Shown here piece after piece: positions 36,401-48,719 of a DNA stretch of 64,000 nucleotides. This DNA comes from the human T2T-CHM13v2.0 reference genome, Homo sapiens. The position numbers and the translations under genes are program-made. The stretch's first letter is position 1. Every line of letters starts with the position of its first letter. The notes beneath the pieces are model-generated. The model had not been told where the DNA came from and did no database searches. It was given only the letters and a program-made list of their open reading frames with translations. The stretch is from assembly GCF_009914755.1 (NCBI RefSeq), contig NC_060926.1; one strand, given 5' to 3'.

Positions 36401-39400
36401 AACATTCCCTTTCATAGAGCAGGTTTGAAACACTCTTTTTGTAGTATCTGGATGTGGACATTTGGAGCGCTTTCAGGCCTATGGTGAAAAAGGAAATATC
36501 TTCTCCTGAAAACTAGACAGAAGCATTCTCAGAATCTTATTTGTGATGTGCGCCCTCAACTAACAGTGTTGAAGCTTTCTTTTGATAGAGCAGTTTTGAA
36601 ACACTCTTTTTGTAAAATCTGCAAGAGGATATTTGGATAGCTTTGAGGATTTCATTGGAAACGGGATTGTCTTCATATAAACTCTAGACAGAAGCATTCT
36701 CAGAAGCTTCATTGGGATGTTTCAATTGAAGTCACAGTGTTGAACAGTCCCTTTCATAGAGCAGGTTTGAAACACTCTTTTTGTAGTATCTGGAAGTGGA
36801 CATTTGGAGCGCTCTCAGGACTACGGTGAAAAAGGAAATATCTTCCAATAAAAGCTACATAGAAGCAATGTCAGAAACTTTTTCATGATGTATCTACTCA
36901 GCTAACAGAGTTGAACCTTTCTTTTGAGAGAGCAGTTTTGAAACACTCTTTTTGTGGAATCTGGAAGTGGATATTTGTCTAGCTTTGAGGATTTCGTTGG
37001 AAACGGGATTACATATAAAAAGCAGACAGCAGCATTCCCAGTAACATCTTTGTGATGTTTGCATTCAAGTCACAGTGTTGAAGATTCCCTTTCATAGAGC
37101 AGGTTTGAAACACTCTTTTTGTAGTATCTGGATGTGGACATTTGGAGCACTTTCAGGCCTATGGTGAAAAAGGAAATATCTTCCCCTGAAAACTAGACAG
37201 AAGCATTCTCAGAATCTTATTTGTGATGTGCGCCCTCAACTAACAGTGTTGAACCTTTCTTTTGATAGAGCAGTTTTGAAACACTCTTTTTGTAAAATCT
37301 GCAAGAGGATATTTGGATAGCTTTGAAGATTTCGTTGGAAACGGGATTGTCTTCATATAAACTCTAGACAGAAGCATTCTCAGAAGCTTCATTGGGATGT
37401 TTCAATTGAAGTCACAGTGTTGAACAGTCCCTTTCATAGAGGAGGTTTGAAACACTCTTTTGGTAGTATCTGGAAGTGGACATTTGGAGTGATCTCAGGA
37501 ATACGGTGATAAAGGAAATATCTTCCAATAAAAGCTAGATAGAAGCAATGTCAGAAACTTTTTCATGATGTATCTACTCAGCTAACAGAGTTGAACCTTT
37601 CTTTTGAGAGAGCAGTTTTGAAACACTCTTTTTGTGGAAACTGCAAGTGGATATTTGTCTAGCTTTGAGGATTTCGTTGGAAACGGGATTACATATAAAA
37701 AGCAGACAGCAGCATTCCCAGAAACTTCTTTGTGATGTTTGCATTCAAGTCACAGAGTTGAACATTCCCTTTCATAGAGCAGGTTTGAAACACTCTTTTT
37801 GTAGTATCTGGATGTGGACATTTGGAGCGCTTTCAAGCCTATGGTGAAAAAGGAAATATCTTCCCCTGAAAACTAGACAGAAGCATTCTCAGAAACTTAT
37901 TTGTGATGTGCCTCCTCAACTAACAGTGTTGAACCTTTCTTTTGATAGAGCAGTTTTGAAACACTCTTTTTGTAAAATCTGCAAGAGGATATTTGGATAG
38001 CTTTGAGGATTTCGTTGGAAACGGGATTGTCTTCATATAAACTCTAGACAGAAGCATTCTCAGAAGCTTCATTGGGATGTTTCAATTGAAGTCACACTGT
38101 TGAACAGTTCCTTTCATAGAACAGGTTTGAAACACTCTTTTTGTAGTATCTGGAAGTGGACATTTGGAGCGCTCTCAGGACTATGGTGAAAAAGGAAATA
38201 TCTTCCAATAAAAGCTACATAGAAGCAATGTCAGAAACTTTTTCATGATGTATCTACTCAGCTAACAGAGTTGAACCTTTCCTTTGAGAGAGCAGTTTTG
38301 AAACACTCTTTTTGTGGAATCTGCAAGTGGATATTTGTCTAGCTTTGAGGATTTCGTTGGAAACGGGATTACATATAAAAAGCAGACAGCAGCATTCCCA
38401 GTAACTTCTTTGTGATGTTTGCATTCAAGTCACAGAGTTGAACATTCCCTTTCATAGAGCAGGTGTGAAACACTCTTTTTGTAGTATCTGGATGTGGACA
38501 TTTGGAGCGCTTTCAGGCCTATGGTGAAAAAGGAAATATCTTCCCCTGAAAACTAGACAGAAGCATTCTCAGAAACTTATTTGTGATGTGCGCCCTCAAC
38601 TAACAGTGTTGAACCTTTCTTTTGATAGAGCAGTTTTGAAACACTCTTTTTGTAATATCTGCAAGAGGATATTTGGATAGCTTTGAGGATTTCGTTGGAA
38701 ACGGGATTGTCTTCATATAAACTCTAGACAGAAGCATTCTCAGAAGCTTCATTGGGATGTTTCAATTGAAGTCACAGTGTTGAACAGTCCCTTTCATAGA
38801 GCAGGTTTGAAACACTCTTTTTGTAGTATCTGGATGTGGACATTTGGAGCGCTTTCAGGCCTATGGTTTAAAAGGAAATATCTTCCCCTGAAAACTAGAC
38901 AGAAGCATTCTCAGAAACTTATTTGTGATGTGCGCCCTCAACTAACAGTGTTGAACCTTTCTTTTGATAGAGCAGTTTTGAAACACTCTTTTTGTGGAAT
39001 CTGCAAGTGGATATTTGTCTAGCTTTGAGGATTTCGTTGGAAACGGGATTACATATAAAAAGCAGACAGCAGCATTCCCAGAATCTTCTTTGTGATGTTT
39101 GCATTCAAGTCACAGAGTTGAACATTCCCTTTCATAGAGCAGGTTTGAAACACTCTTTTTATAGTATCTGGATGTGGACATTTGGAGCGCTTTCAGGCCT
39201 ATGGTGAAAAAGGAAATATCTTCCCCTGAAAACTAGACAGAAGCATTCTCAGAATCTTATTTGTGATGTGCGCCCTCAACTAACAGTGTTGAACCTTTCT
39301 TTTGATAGAGCAGTTTTGAAACACTCTTTTTGTGGAATCTGCAGGTGGACATTTGTCTAGCTTTGAGGATTTCGTTGGAAACGGGATTACATATAAAAAG

Positions 39401-41020
39401 CAGACAGCAGCATTCCCAGAATCTTCTTTGTGATGTTTGCATTCAAGTCACAGAGTTGAACATTCCCTTTCATAGAGCAGGTTTGAAACACTCTTTTTGT
39501 AGTATCTGGATGTGGACATTTGGAGCGCTTTCAGGCCTATGGTGAAAAAGGAAATATCTTCTCCTGAAAACTAGACAGAAGCATTCTCAGAATCTTATTT
39601 GTGATGTGCGCCCTCAACTAACAGTGTTGAAGCTTTCTTTTGATAGAGCAGTTTTGAAACACTCTTTTTGTAAAATCTGCAAGAGGATATTTGGATAGCT
39701 TTGAGGATTTCATTGGAAACGGGATTGTCTTCATATAAACTCTAGACAGAAGCATTCTCAGAAGCTTCATTGGGATGTTTCAATTGAAGTCACAGTGTTG
39801 AACAGTCCCTTTCATAGAGCAGGTTTGAAACACTCTTTTTGTAGTATCTGGAAGTGGACATTTGGAGCGCTCTCAGGACTACGGTGAAAAAGGAAATATC
39901 TTCCAATAAAAGCTACATAGAAGCAATGTCAGAAACTTTTTCATGATGTATCTACTCAGCTAACAGAGTTGAACCTTTCTTTTGAGAGAGCAGTTTTGAA
40001 ACACTCTTTTTGTGGAATCTGGAAGTGGATATTTGTCTAGCTTTGAGGATTTCGTTGGAAACGGGATTACATATAAAAAGCAGACAGCAGCATTCCCAGT
40101 AACATCTTTGTGATGTTTGCATTCAAGTCACAGTGTTGAAGATTCCCTTTCATAGAGCAGGTTTGAAACACTCTTTTTGTAGTATCTGGATGTGGACATT
40201 TGGAGCACTTTCAGGCCTATGGTGAAAAAGGAAATATCTTCCCCTGAAAACTAGACAGAAGCATTCTCAGAATCTTATTTGTGATGTGCGCCCTCAACTA
40301 ACAGTGTTGAACCTTTCTTTTGATAGAGCAGTTTTGAAACACTCTTTTTGTAAAATCTGCAAGAGGATATTTGGATAGCTTTGAAGATTTCGTTGGAAAC
40401 GGGATTGTCTTCATATAAACTCTAGACAGAAGCATTCTCAGAAGCTTCATTGGGATGTTTCAATTGAAGTCACAGTGTTGAACAGTCCCTTTCATAGAGG
40501 AGGTTTGAAACACTCTTTTGGTAGTATCTGGAAGTGGACATTTGGAGTGATCTCAGGAATACGGTGATAAAGGAAATATCTTCCAATAAAAGCTAGATAG
40601 AAGCAATGTCAGAAACTTTTTCATGATGTATCTACTCAGCTAACAGAGTTGAACCTTTCTTTTGAGAGAGCAGTTTTGAAACACTCTTTTTGTGGAAACT
40701 GCAAGTGGATATTTGTCTAGCTTTGAGGATTTCGTTGGAAACGGGATTACATATAAAAAGCAGACAGCAGCATTCCCAGAAACTTCTTTGTGATGTTTGC
40801 ATTCAAGTCACAGAGTTGAACATTCCCTTTCATAGAGCAGGTTTGAAACACTCTTTTTGTAGTATCTGGATGTGGACATTTGGAGCGCTTTCAAGCCTAT
40901 GGTGAAAAAGGAAATATCTTCCCCTGAAAACTAGACAGAAGCATTCTCAGAAACTTATTTGTGATGTGCCTCCTCAACTAACAGTGTTGAACCTTTCTTT
41001 TGATAGAGCAGTTTTGAAAC
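30500..41020 (+). repeat. Multi-HOR repeats with 3058-bp (18-monomer) period
   Basis: 30836/33894, 32661/35719/38777 and 37632/40690. Confidence 0.87.
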
Positions 41021-44000
41021 ACTCTTTTTGTAATATCTGCAAGAGGATATTTGGATAGCTTTGAGGATTTCGTTGGAAACGGGATTGTCTTCACATAAAC
41101 TCTAGACAGAAGCATTCTCAGAAGCTTCATTGGGATGTTTCAATTGAAGTCACAGTGTTGAACAGTTCCTTTCATAGAACAGGTTTGAAACTCTCTTTTT
41201 GTAGTATCTGGAAGTGGACATTTGGAGCGCTCTCAGGACTACGGTGAAAAAGGAAATATCTTCCAATAAAAGCTAGATAGAAGCAATGTCAGAAAATTTT
41301 TCATGATGTATCTACTCAGCTAACAGAGTTGAACCTTCCTTTGAGAGAGCAGTTTTGAAACACTCTTTTTGTGGAATCTGCAAGTGGATATTTGTCTAGC
41401 TTTGAGGATTTCCCTGGAAACGGGATTACATATAAAAACAGACAGCAGCATTCCCAGTAACTTCTTTGTGATGTTTGCATTCAAGTCACAGAGTTGAACA
41501 TTCCCTTTCATAGAGCAGGTTTGAAACACTCTTTTTGTAGTATCTGGATGTGGACATTTGGAGCGCTTTCAGGCCTATGGTGAAAAAGGAAATATCTTCC
41601 CCTGAAAACTAGACAGAAGCATTCTCAGAAACTTATTTGTGATGTGCGCCCTCAACTAACAGTGTTGAACCTTTCTTTTGATAGAGCAGTTTTGAAACAC
41701 TCTTTTTGTAATATCTGCAAGAGGATATTTGGATAGATTTGAGGATTTCGTTGGAAACGGGATTGTCTTCATATAAACTCTAGACAGAAGCATTCTCAGA
41801 AGCTTCATTGGGATGTTTCAATTGAAGTCACAGTGTTGAACAGTCCCTTTCATAGAGCAGGTTTGAAACACTCTTTTTGTAGTATCTGGAAGTGGACATT
41901 TGGAGAGATCTCAGGAATACGGTGATAAAGGAAATATCTTCCAATAAAAGCTAGATAGAAGCAATGTCAGAAACTTTTTCATGATGTATCTACTCAGCTA
42001 ACAGAGTTGAACTTTTCTTTTGAGAGAGCAGTTTTGAAACACTCTTTTTGTGGAATCTGCAAGTGGATATTTGTCTAGCTTTGAGGACTTCGTTGGAAAC
42101 GGGATTACATATAAAAAGCAGACAGCAGCATTCCCAGAAACTTCTTTGTGATGTTTGCATTCAAGTCACAGAGTTGAACATTCCCTTTCATAGAGCAGGT
42201 TTGAAACACTCTTTTTGTAGTATCTGGATGTGGACATTTGGAGCGCTTTCAAGCCTATGGTGAAAAAGGAAATATCTTCCCCTGAAAACTAGACAGAAGC
42301 ATTCTCAGGAACTTATTTGTGATGTGCGCCCTCAACTAACAGTGTTGAAGCTTTCTTTTGATAGAGCAGTTTTGAAACACTCTTTTTGTGGAATCTGCAA
42401 GTGGATATTTGTCTAGCTTTGAGGATTTCGATGGAAACGGGATTACATATAAAAAGCAGACAGCAGCATTCCCAGTAACTTCTTTGTGATGTTTGCATTC
42501 AAGTCACAGAGTTGAACATTCCCTTTCATAGAGCAGGTTTGAAACACTCTTTTTGTAGTATCTGTATGTGGACATTTGGAGCGCTTTCAGGCCTATGGTG
42601 AAAAAGGAAATATCTTCCCCTGAAAACTAGACAGAAGCATTCTCAGAAACTTATTTGTGATGTGCGCCCTCAACTAACAGTGTTGAACCTTTCTTTTGAT
42701 AGAGCAGTTTTGAAACACTCTTTTTGTAATATCTGCAAGAGGATATTTGGATAGCTTTGAGGATTTCGTTGGAAACGGGATTGTCTTCATATAAACTCTA
42801 GACAGAAGCATTCTCAGAAGCTTCATTGGGATGTTTCAATTGAAGTCACAGTGTTGAACATTCCCTTTCATAGAGCAGGTTTGAAACACTCTTTTTGTAG
42901 TATCTGGAAGTGGACATTTGGAGAGATCTCAGGAATACGGTGATAAAGGAAATATCTTCCAATAAAAGCTAGATAGAAGCAATGTCAGAAACTTTTTCAT
43001 GATGTATCTACTCAGCTAACAGAGTTGAACCTTTCTTTTGAGAGAGCAGTTTTGAAACACTCTTTTTGTGGAATCTGCAAGTGGATATTTGTCTAGCTTT
43101 GAGGATTTCGTTGGAAACGGGATTACATATAAAAAGCTGACAGCAGCATTCCCAGAAACTTCTTTGTGAAGTTTGCATTCAAGTCACAGAGTTGAACATT
43201 CCCTTTCATAGAGCAGGTTTGAAACACTCTTTTTGTAGTATCTGTATGTGGACATTTGGAGCGCTTTCAGGCCTATGGTGAAGAAGGAAATATCTTCCCC
43301 TGAAAACTAGACAGAAGCATTCTCAGAATCTTATTTGTGATGTGCACCCTCAACTAACAGTGTTGAAGCTTTCTTTTGATAGAGCAGTTTTGAAACACTC
43401 TTTTTGTAAAATCTGCAAGAGGATATTTGGATAGCTTTGAGGATTTCGTTGGAAACGGGATTGTCTTCATATAAACTCTAGACAGAAGCATTCTCAGAAG
43501 CTTCATTGGGATGTTTCAATTGAAGTCACAGTGTTGAACAGTCCCTTTCATAGAGCAGGTTTGAAACACTCTTTTTGTAGTATCTGGAAGTGGACATTTG
43601 GAGAGATCTCAGGAATACGGTGATAAAGGAAATATCTTCCAATAAAAGCTAGATAGAAGCAATGTCAGAAACTTTTTCATGATGTATCTACTCAGCTAAC
43701 AGAGTTGAAGCTTTCTTTTGAGAGAGCAGTTTTGAAACACTCTTTTTGTGGAATCTGGAAGTGGATATTTGTCTAGCTTTGAGGATTTCGTTGGAAACGG
43801 GATTACATATAAAAAGCAGACAGCAGCATTCCCAGTAACATCTTTGTGATGTTTGCATTCAAGTCACAGAGTTGAACATTCCCTTTCATAGAGCAGGTTT
43901 GAAACACTCTTTTTGTAGTATCTGGATGTGGACATTTGGAGCACTTTCAGGCCTATGGTGAAAAAGGAAATATCTTCCCCTGAAAACTAGACAGAAGCAT

Positions 44001-46544
44001 TCTCAGAATCTTATTTGTGATGTGCGCCCTCAACTAACAGTGTTGAACCTTTCTTTTGATAGAGCAGTTTTGAAACACTCTTTTTGTAAAATCTGCAAGA
44101 GGATATTTGGATAGCTTTGAAGATTTCGTTGGAAACGGGATTGTCTTCATATAAACTCTAGACAGAAGCATTCTCAGAAGCTTCATTGGGATGTTTCAAT
44201 TGAAGTCACAGTGTTGAACAGTCCCTTTCATAGAGGAGGTTTGAAACACTCTTTTGGTAGTATCTGGAAGTGGACATTTGGAGTGATCTCAGGAATACGG
44301 TGATAAAGGAAATATCTTCCAATAAAAGCTAGATAGAAGCAATGTCAGAAACTTTTTCATGATGTATCTACTCAGCTAACAGAGTTGAACCTTTCTTTTG
44401 AGAGAGCAGTTTTGAAACACTCTTTTTGTGGAAACTGCAAGTGGATATTTGTCTGGCTTTGAGGATTTCGTTGGAAACGGGATTACATATAAAAAGCAGA
44501 CAGCAGCATTCCCAGAAACTTCTTTGTGATGTTTGCATTCAAGTCACAGAGTTGAACATTCCCTTTCATAGAGCAGGTTTGAAACACTCTTTTTGTAGTA
44601 TCTGTATGTGGACATTTGGAGCGCTTTCAGGCCTATGGTGAAAAAGGAAATATCTTCCCCTGAAAACTAGACAGAAGCATTCTCAGAAACTTATTTGTGA
44701 TGTGCGCCCTCAACTAACAGTGTTGAAGCTTTCTTTTGATAGAGTAGTTTTTAAACACTCTTTTTGTAATATCTGCAAGAGGATATTTGGATAGCTTTGA
44801 GGATTTCGTTGGAAACGGGATTGTCTTCACATAAACTCTAGACAGAAGCATTCTCAGAAGCTTCATTGGGATGTTTCAATTGAAGTCACAGTGTTGAACA
44901 GTTCCTTTCATAGAACAGGTTTGAAACACTCTTTTTGTAGTATCTGGAAGTGGACATTTGGAGCGCTGTCAGGACTACGGTGAAAAAGGAAATATCTTCC
45001 AATAAAAGCTAGATAGAAGCAATGTCAGAAAATTTTTCATGATGTATCTACTCAGCTAACAGAGTTGAACCTTCCTTTGAGAGAGCAGTTTTGAAACACT
45101 CTTTTTGTGGAATCTGCAAGTGGATATTTGTCTAGCTTTGAGGATTTCGCTGGAAACGGGATTACATATAAAAACAGACAGCAGCATTCCCAGTAACTTC
45201 TTTGTGATGTTTGCATTCAAGTCACAGAGTTGAACATTCCCTTTCATAGAGCAGGTTTGAAACACTCTTTTTGTAGTATCTGGATGTGGACATTTGGAGC
45301 GCTTTCAGGCCTATGGTGAAAAAGGAAATATCTTCCCCTGAAAACTAGACAGAAGCATTCTCAGAAACTTATTTGTGATGTGCGCCCTCAACTAACAGTG
45401 TTGAACCTTTCTTTTGATAGAGCAGTTTTGAAACACTCTTTTTGTAATATCTGCAAGAGGATATTTGGATAGATTTGAGGATTTCGTTGGAAACGGGATT
45501 GTCTTCATATAAACTCTAGACAGAAGCATTCTCAGAAGCTTCATTGGGATGTTTCAATTGAAGTCACAGTGTTGAACAGTCCCTTTCATAGAGCAGGTTT
45601 GAAACACTCTTTTTGTAGTATCTGGAAGTGGACATTTGGAGAGATCTCAGGAATACGGTGATAAAGGAAATATCTTCCAATAAAAGCTAGATAGAAGCAA
45701 CGTCAGAAACTTTTTCATGATGTATCTACTCAGCTAACAGAGTTGAACTTTTCTTTTGAGAGAGCAGTTTTGAAACACTCTTTTTGTGGAATCTGCAAGT
45801 GGATATTTGTCTAGCTTTGAGGATTTCGTTGGAAACGGGATTACATATAAAAAGCAGACAGCAGCATTCCCAGAAACTTCTTTGTGAAGTTTGCATTCAA
45901 GTCACAGAGTTGAACATTCCCTTTCATAGAGCAGGTTTGAAACACTCTTTTTGTAGTATCTGGATGTGGACATTTGGAGCGCTCTCAGGCCTATGGTGAA
46001 AAAGGAAATATCTTCCCCTGAAAACTAGACAGAAGCATTCTCAGAAACTTATTTGTGATGTGCGCCCTCAACTAACAGTGTTGAACCTTTCTTTTGATAG
46101 AGTAGTTTTGAAACACTCTTTTTCTAAAATCTGCAAGAGGATATTTGGATAGCTTTGAGTATTTCGTTGGAAACGGGATTGTCTTCATATAAACTCTAGA
46201 CAGTAGCATTCTGAGAAGCTTCATTGGGATGTTTCAATTGAAGTCACAGTGTTGAACAGTCCCTTTCATAGAGCAGGTTTGAAACACTCTTTTTGTAGCA
46301 TCTTTAAGTGGACATTTGGAGCGCTCTCAGGACTATGGTGAAAAAGGAAGTATCTTCCAATAAAAGCTAGATAGAAGAAATGTGAGAAACTTTTTCATGA
46401 TGTATCTACTCAGCTAAAAGGGTTGAACCTTTCTTTTGAGAGAGCAGTTTTGAAACACTCTTTTTGTGGAATCTGCAAGTGGATATTTGTCTAGCTTTGA
46501 GGATTTCTTTGGAAACGGGATTACAAATAAAAAGCAGACAGCAG

Positions 46545-47053
46545 CATTCCCAGAAACTTCTTTGTGATGTTTGCATTCAAGTCACAGAGTTGAACATTCT
46601 CTTTCATAGAGCATGTTTGAAACAATCTTTTTGTAGTATCTGGAAGTGGACATTTGGAGCGTTCTCAGGACTACGGTGAAAAAGGAAATATCTTCCTAAT
46701 AAAGCTAGATAGAAGCAATGTCAGAAAATTTTTCATGATGTATCTACTCAGCTAACAGAGTTGAACCTTTCTTTTGACAGAGCAGTTTTGAAACACTCTT
46801 TTTGTAGTATCTGGATGTGGACATTTGGAGCGCTTTCAGGCCTATGCTGAAAAAGGAAATATCTTCCCCTGAAAACTAGACAGAAGCATTCTCAGGAACT
46901 TATTTGTGATGTGCGCCCTCAACTAACAGTGTTGAAGCTTTCTTTTGATAGAGCAGTTTTGAAACACTCTTTTTGTGGAATCTGCAAGAGGATATTTGTC
47001 TAGCTTTGAGGATTTCGTTGGAAACGGGATTACATATAAAAAGCAGACAGCAG
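46545..47053 (+). repeat. Three consecutive hybrid monomers A/C, D/A, B/D
   Basis: A start with C end (46545-46715), D start with A end (46716-46886), B start with D end (46887-47053). Confidence 0.88.
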
Positions 47054-48719
47054 CATTCCCAGTAACTTCTTTGTGATGTTTGCATTCAAGTCACAGAGTT
47101 GAACATTCCCTTTCATAGAGCAGGTTTGAAACACTCTTTTTGTAGTATCTGGATGTGGACATTTGGAGCGCTTTCAGGCCTATGGTGAAAAAGGAAATAT
47201 CTTCCCCTGAAAACTAGACAGAAGCATTCTCAGAAACTTATTTGTGATGTGCGCCCTCAACTAACAGTGTTGAACCTTTCTTTTGATAGAGCAGTTTTGA
47301 AACACTCTTTTTGTAATATCTGCAAGAGGATATTTGGATAGCTTTGAGGATTTCGTTGGAAACGGGATTGTCTTCATATAAACTCTAGACAGAAGCATTC
47401 TCAGAAGCTTCATTGGGATGTTTCAATTGAAGTCACAGTGTTGAACAGTCCCTTTCATAGAGCAGGTTTGAAACACTCTTTTTGTAGTATCTGGAAGTGG
47501 ACATTTGGAGAGATCTCAGGAATACGGTGATAAAGGAAATATCTTCCAATAAAAGCTAGATAGAAGCAATGTCAGAAACTTTTTCATGATGTATCTACTC
47601 AGCTAACAGAGTTGAACCTTTCTTTTGAGAGAGCAGTTTTGAAACACTCTTTTTGTGGAATCTGCAAGTGGATATTTGTCTAGCTTTGAGGATTTCGTTG
47701 GAAACGGGATTACATATAAAAAGCAGACAGCAGCATTCCCAGAAACTTCTTTGTGAAGTTTGCATTCAAGTCACAGAGTTAAACATTCCCTTTCATAGAG
47801 CAGGTTTGAAACACTCTTTTTGTAGTATCTGGATGTGGACATTTGGAGCGCTTTCAGGCCTATGGTGAAAAAGGAAATATCTTCCCCTGAAAACTAGACA
47901 GAAGCATTCTCAGAATCTTATTTGTGATGTGCGCCCTCAACTAACAGTGTTGAAGCTTTCTTTTGATAGAGCAGTTTTGAAACACTCTTTTTGTAAAGTC
48001 TGCAAGAGGATATTTGGATAGCTTTGAGGATTTCTTTGGAAACGGGATTGTCTTCATATAAACTCTAGACAGAAGCATTCTCAGAAGCTTCATTGGGATG
48101 TTTCAATTGAAGACACAGTGTTGAACAGTCCCTTTCATAGAGCAGGTTTGAAACACTCTTTTTGTAGTATCTGGAAGTGGACATTTGGAGCGCTCTCAGG
48201 ACTACGGTGAAAAAGGAAGTATCTTCCAATAAAAGCTAGATAGAAGCAATGTCAGAAACTTTTTCATGGTGTATCTACTCAGCTAACAGAGTTGAACCTT
48301 TCTTTTGAGAGAGCAGTTTTGAAACACTCTTTTTGTGGAATCTGCAAGTGCATATTTGTCTAGCTTTGAGGATTTCGTTGGAAACGGGATTACATATAAA
48401 AAGCAGACAGCAGCATTCCCAGAAACTTCTTTGTGATGTTTGCATTCAAGTCACAGAGTTGAACATTCCCTTTCATAGAGCAGGTTTGAAACACTCTTTT
48501 TGTAGTATCTGGATGTGGACATTTGGAGCGCTTTCAGGCCTATGGTGAAAAAGGAAATATCTTCCCCTGAAAACTAGACAGAAGCATTCTCAGAAACTTA
48601 TTTGTGATGTGCGCCCTCAACTAACAGTGTTGAACCTTTCTTTTGATAGAGCAGTTTTGAAACACTCTTTTTGTAAAATCTGCAAGAGGATATTTGGATA
48701 GCTTTGAGGATATCGTTGG

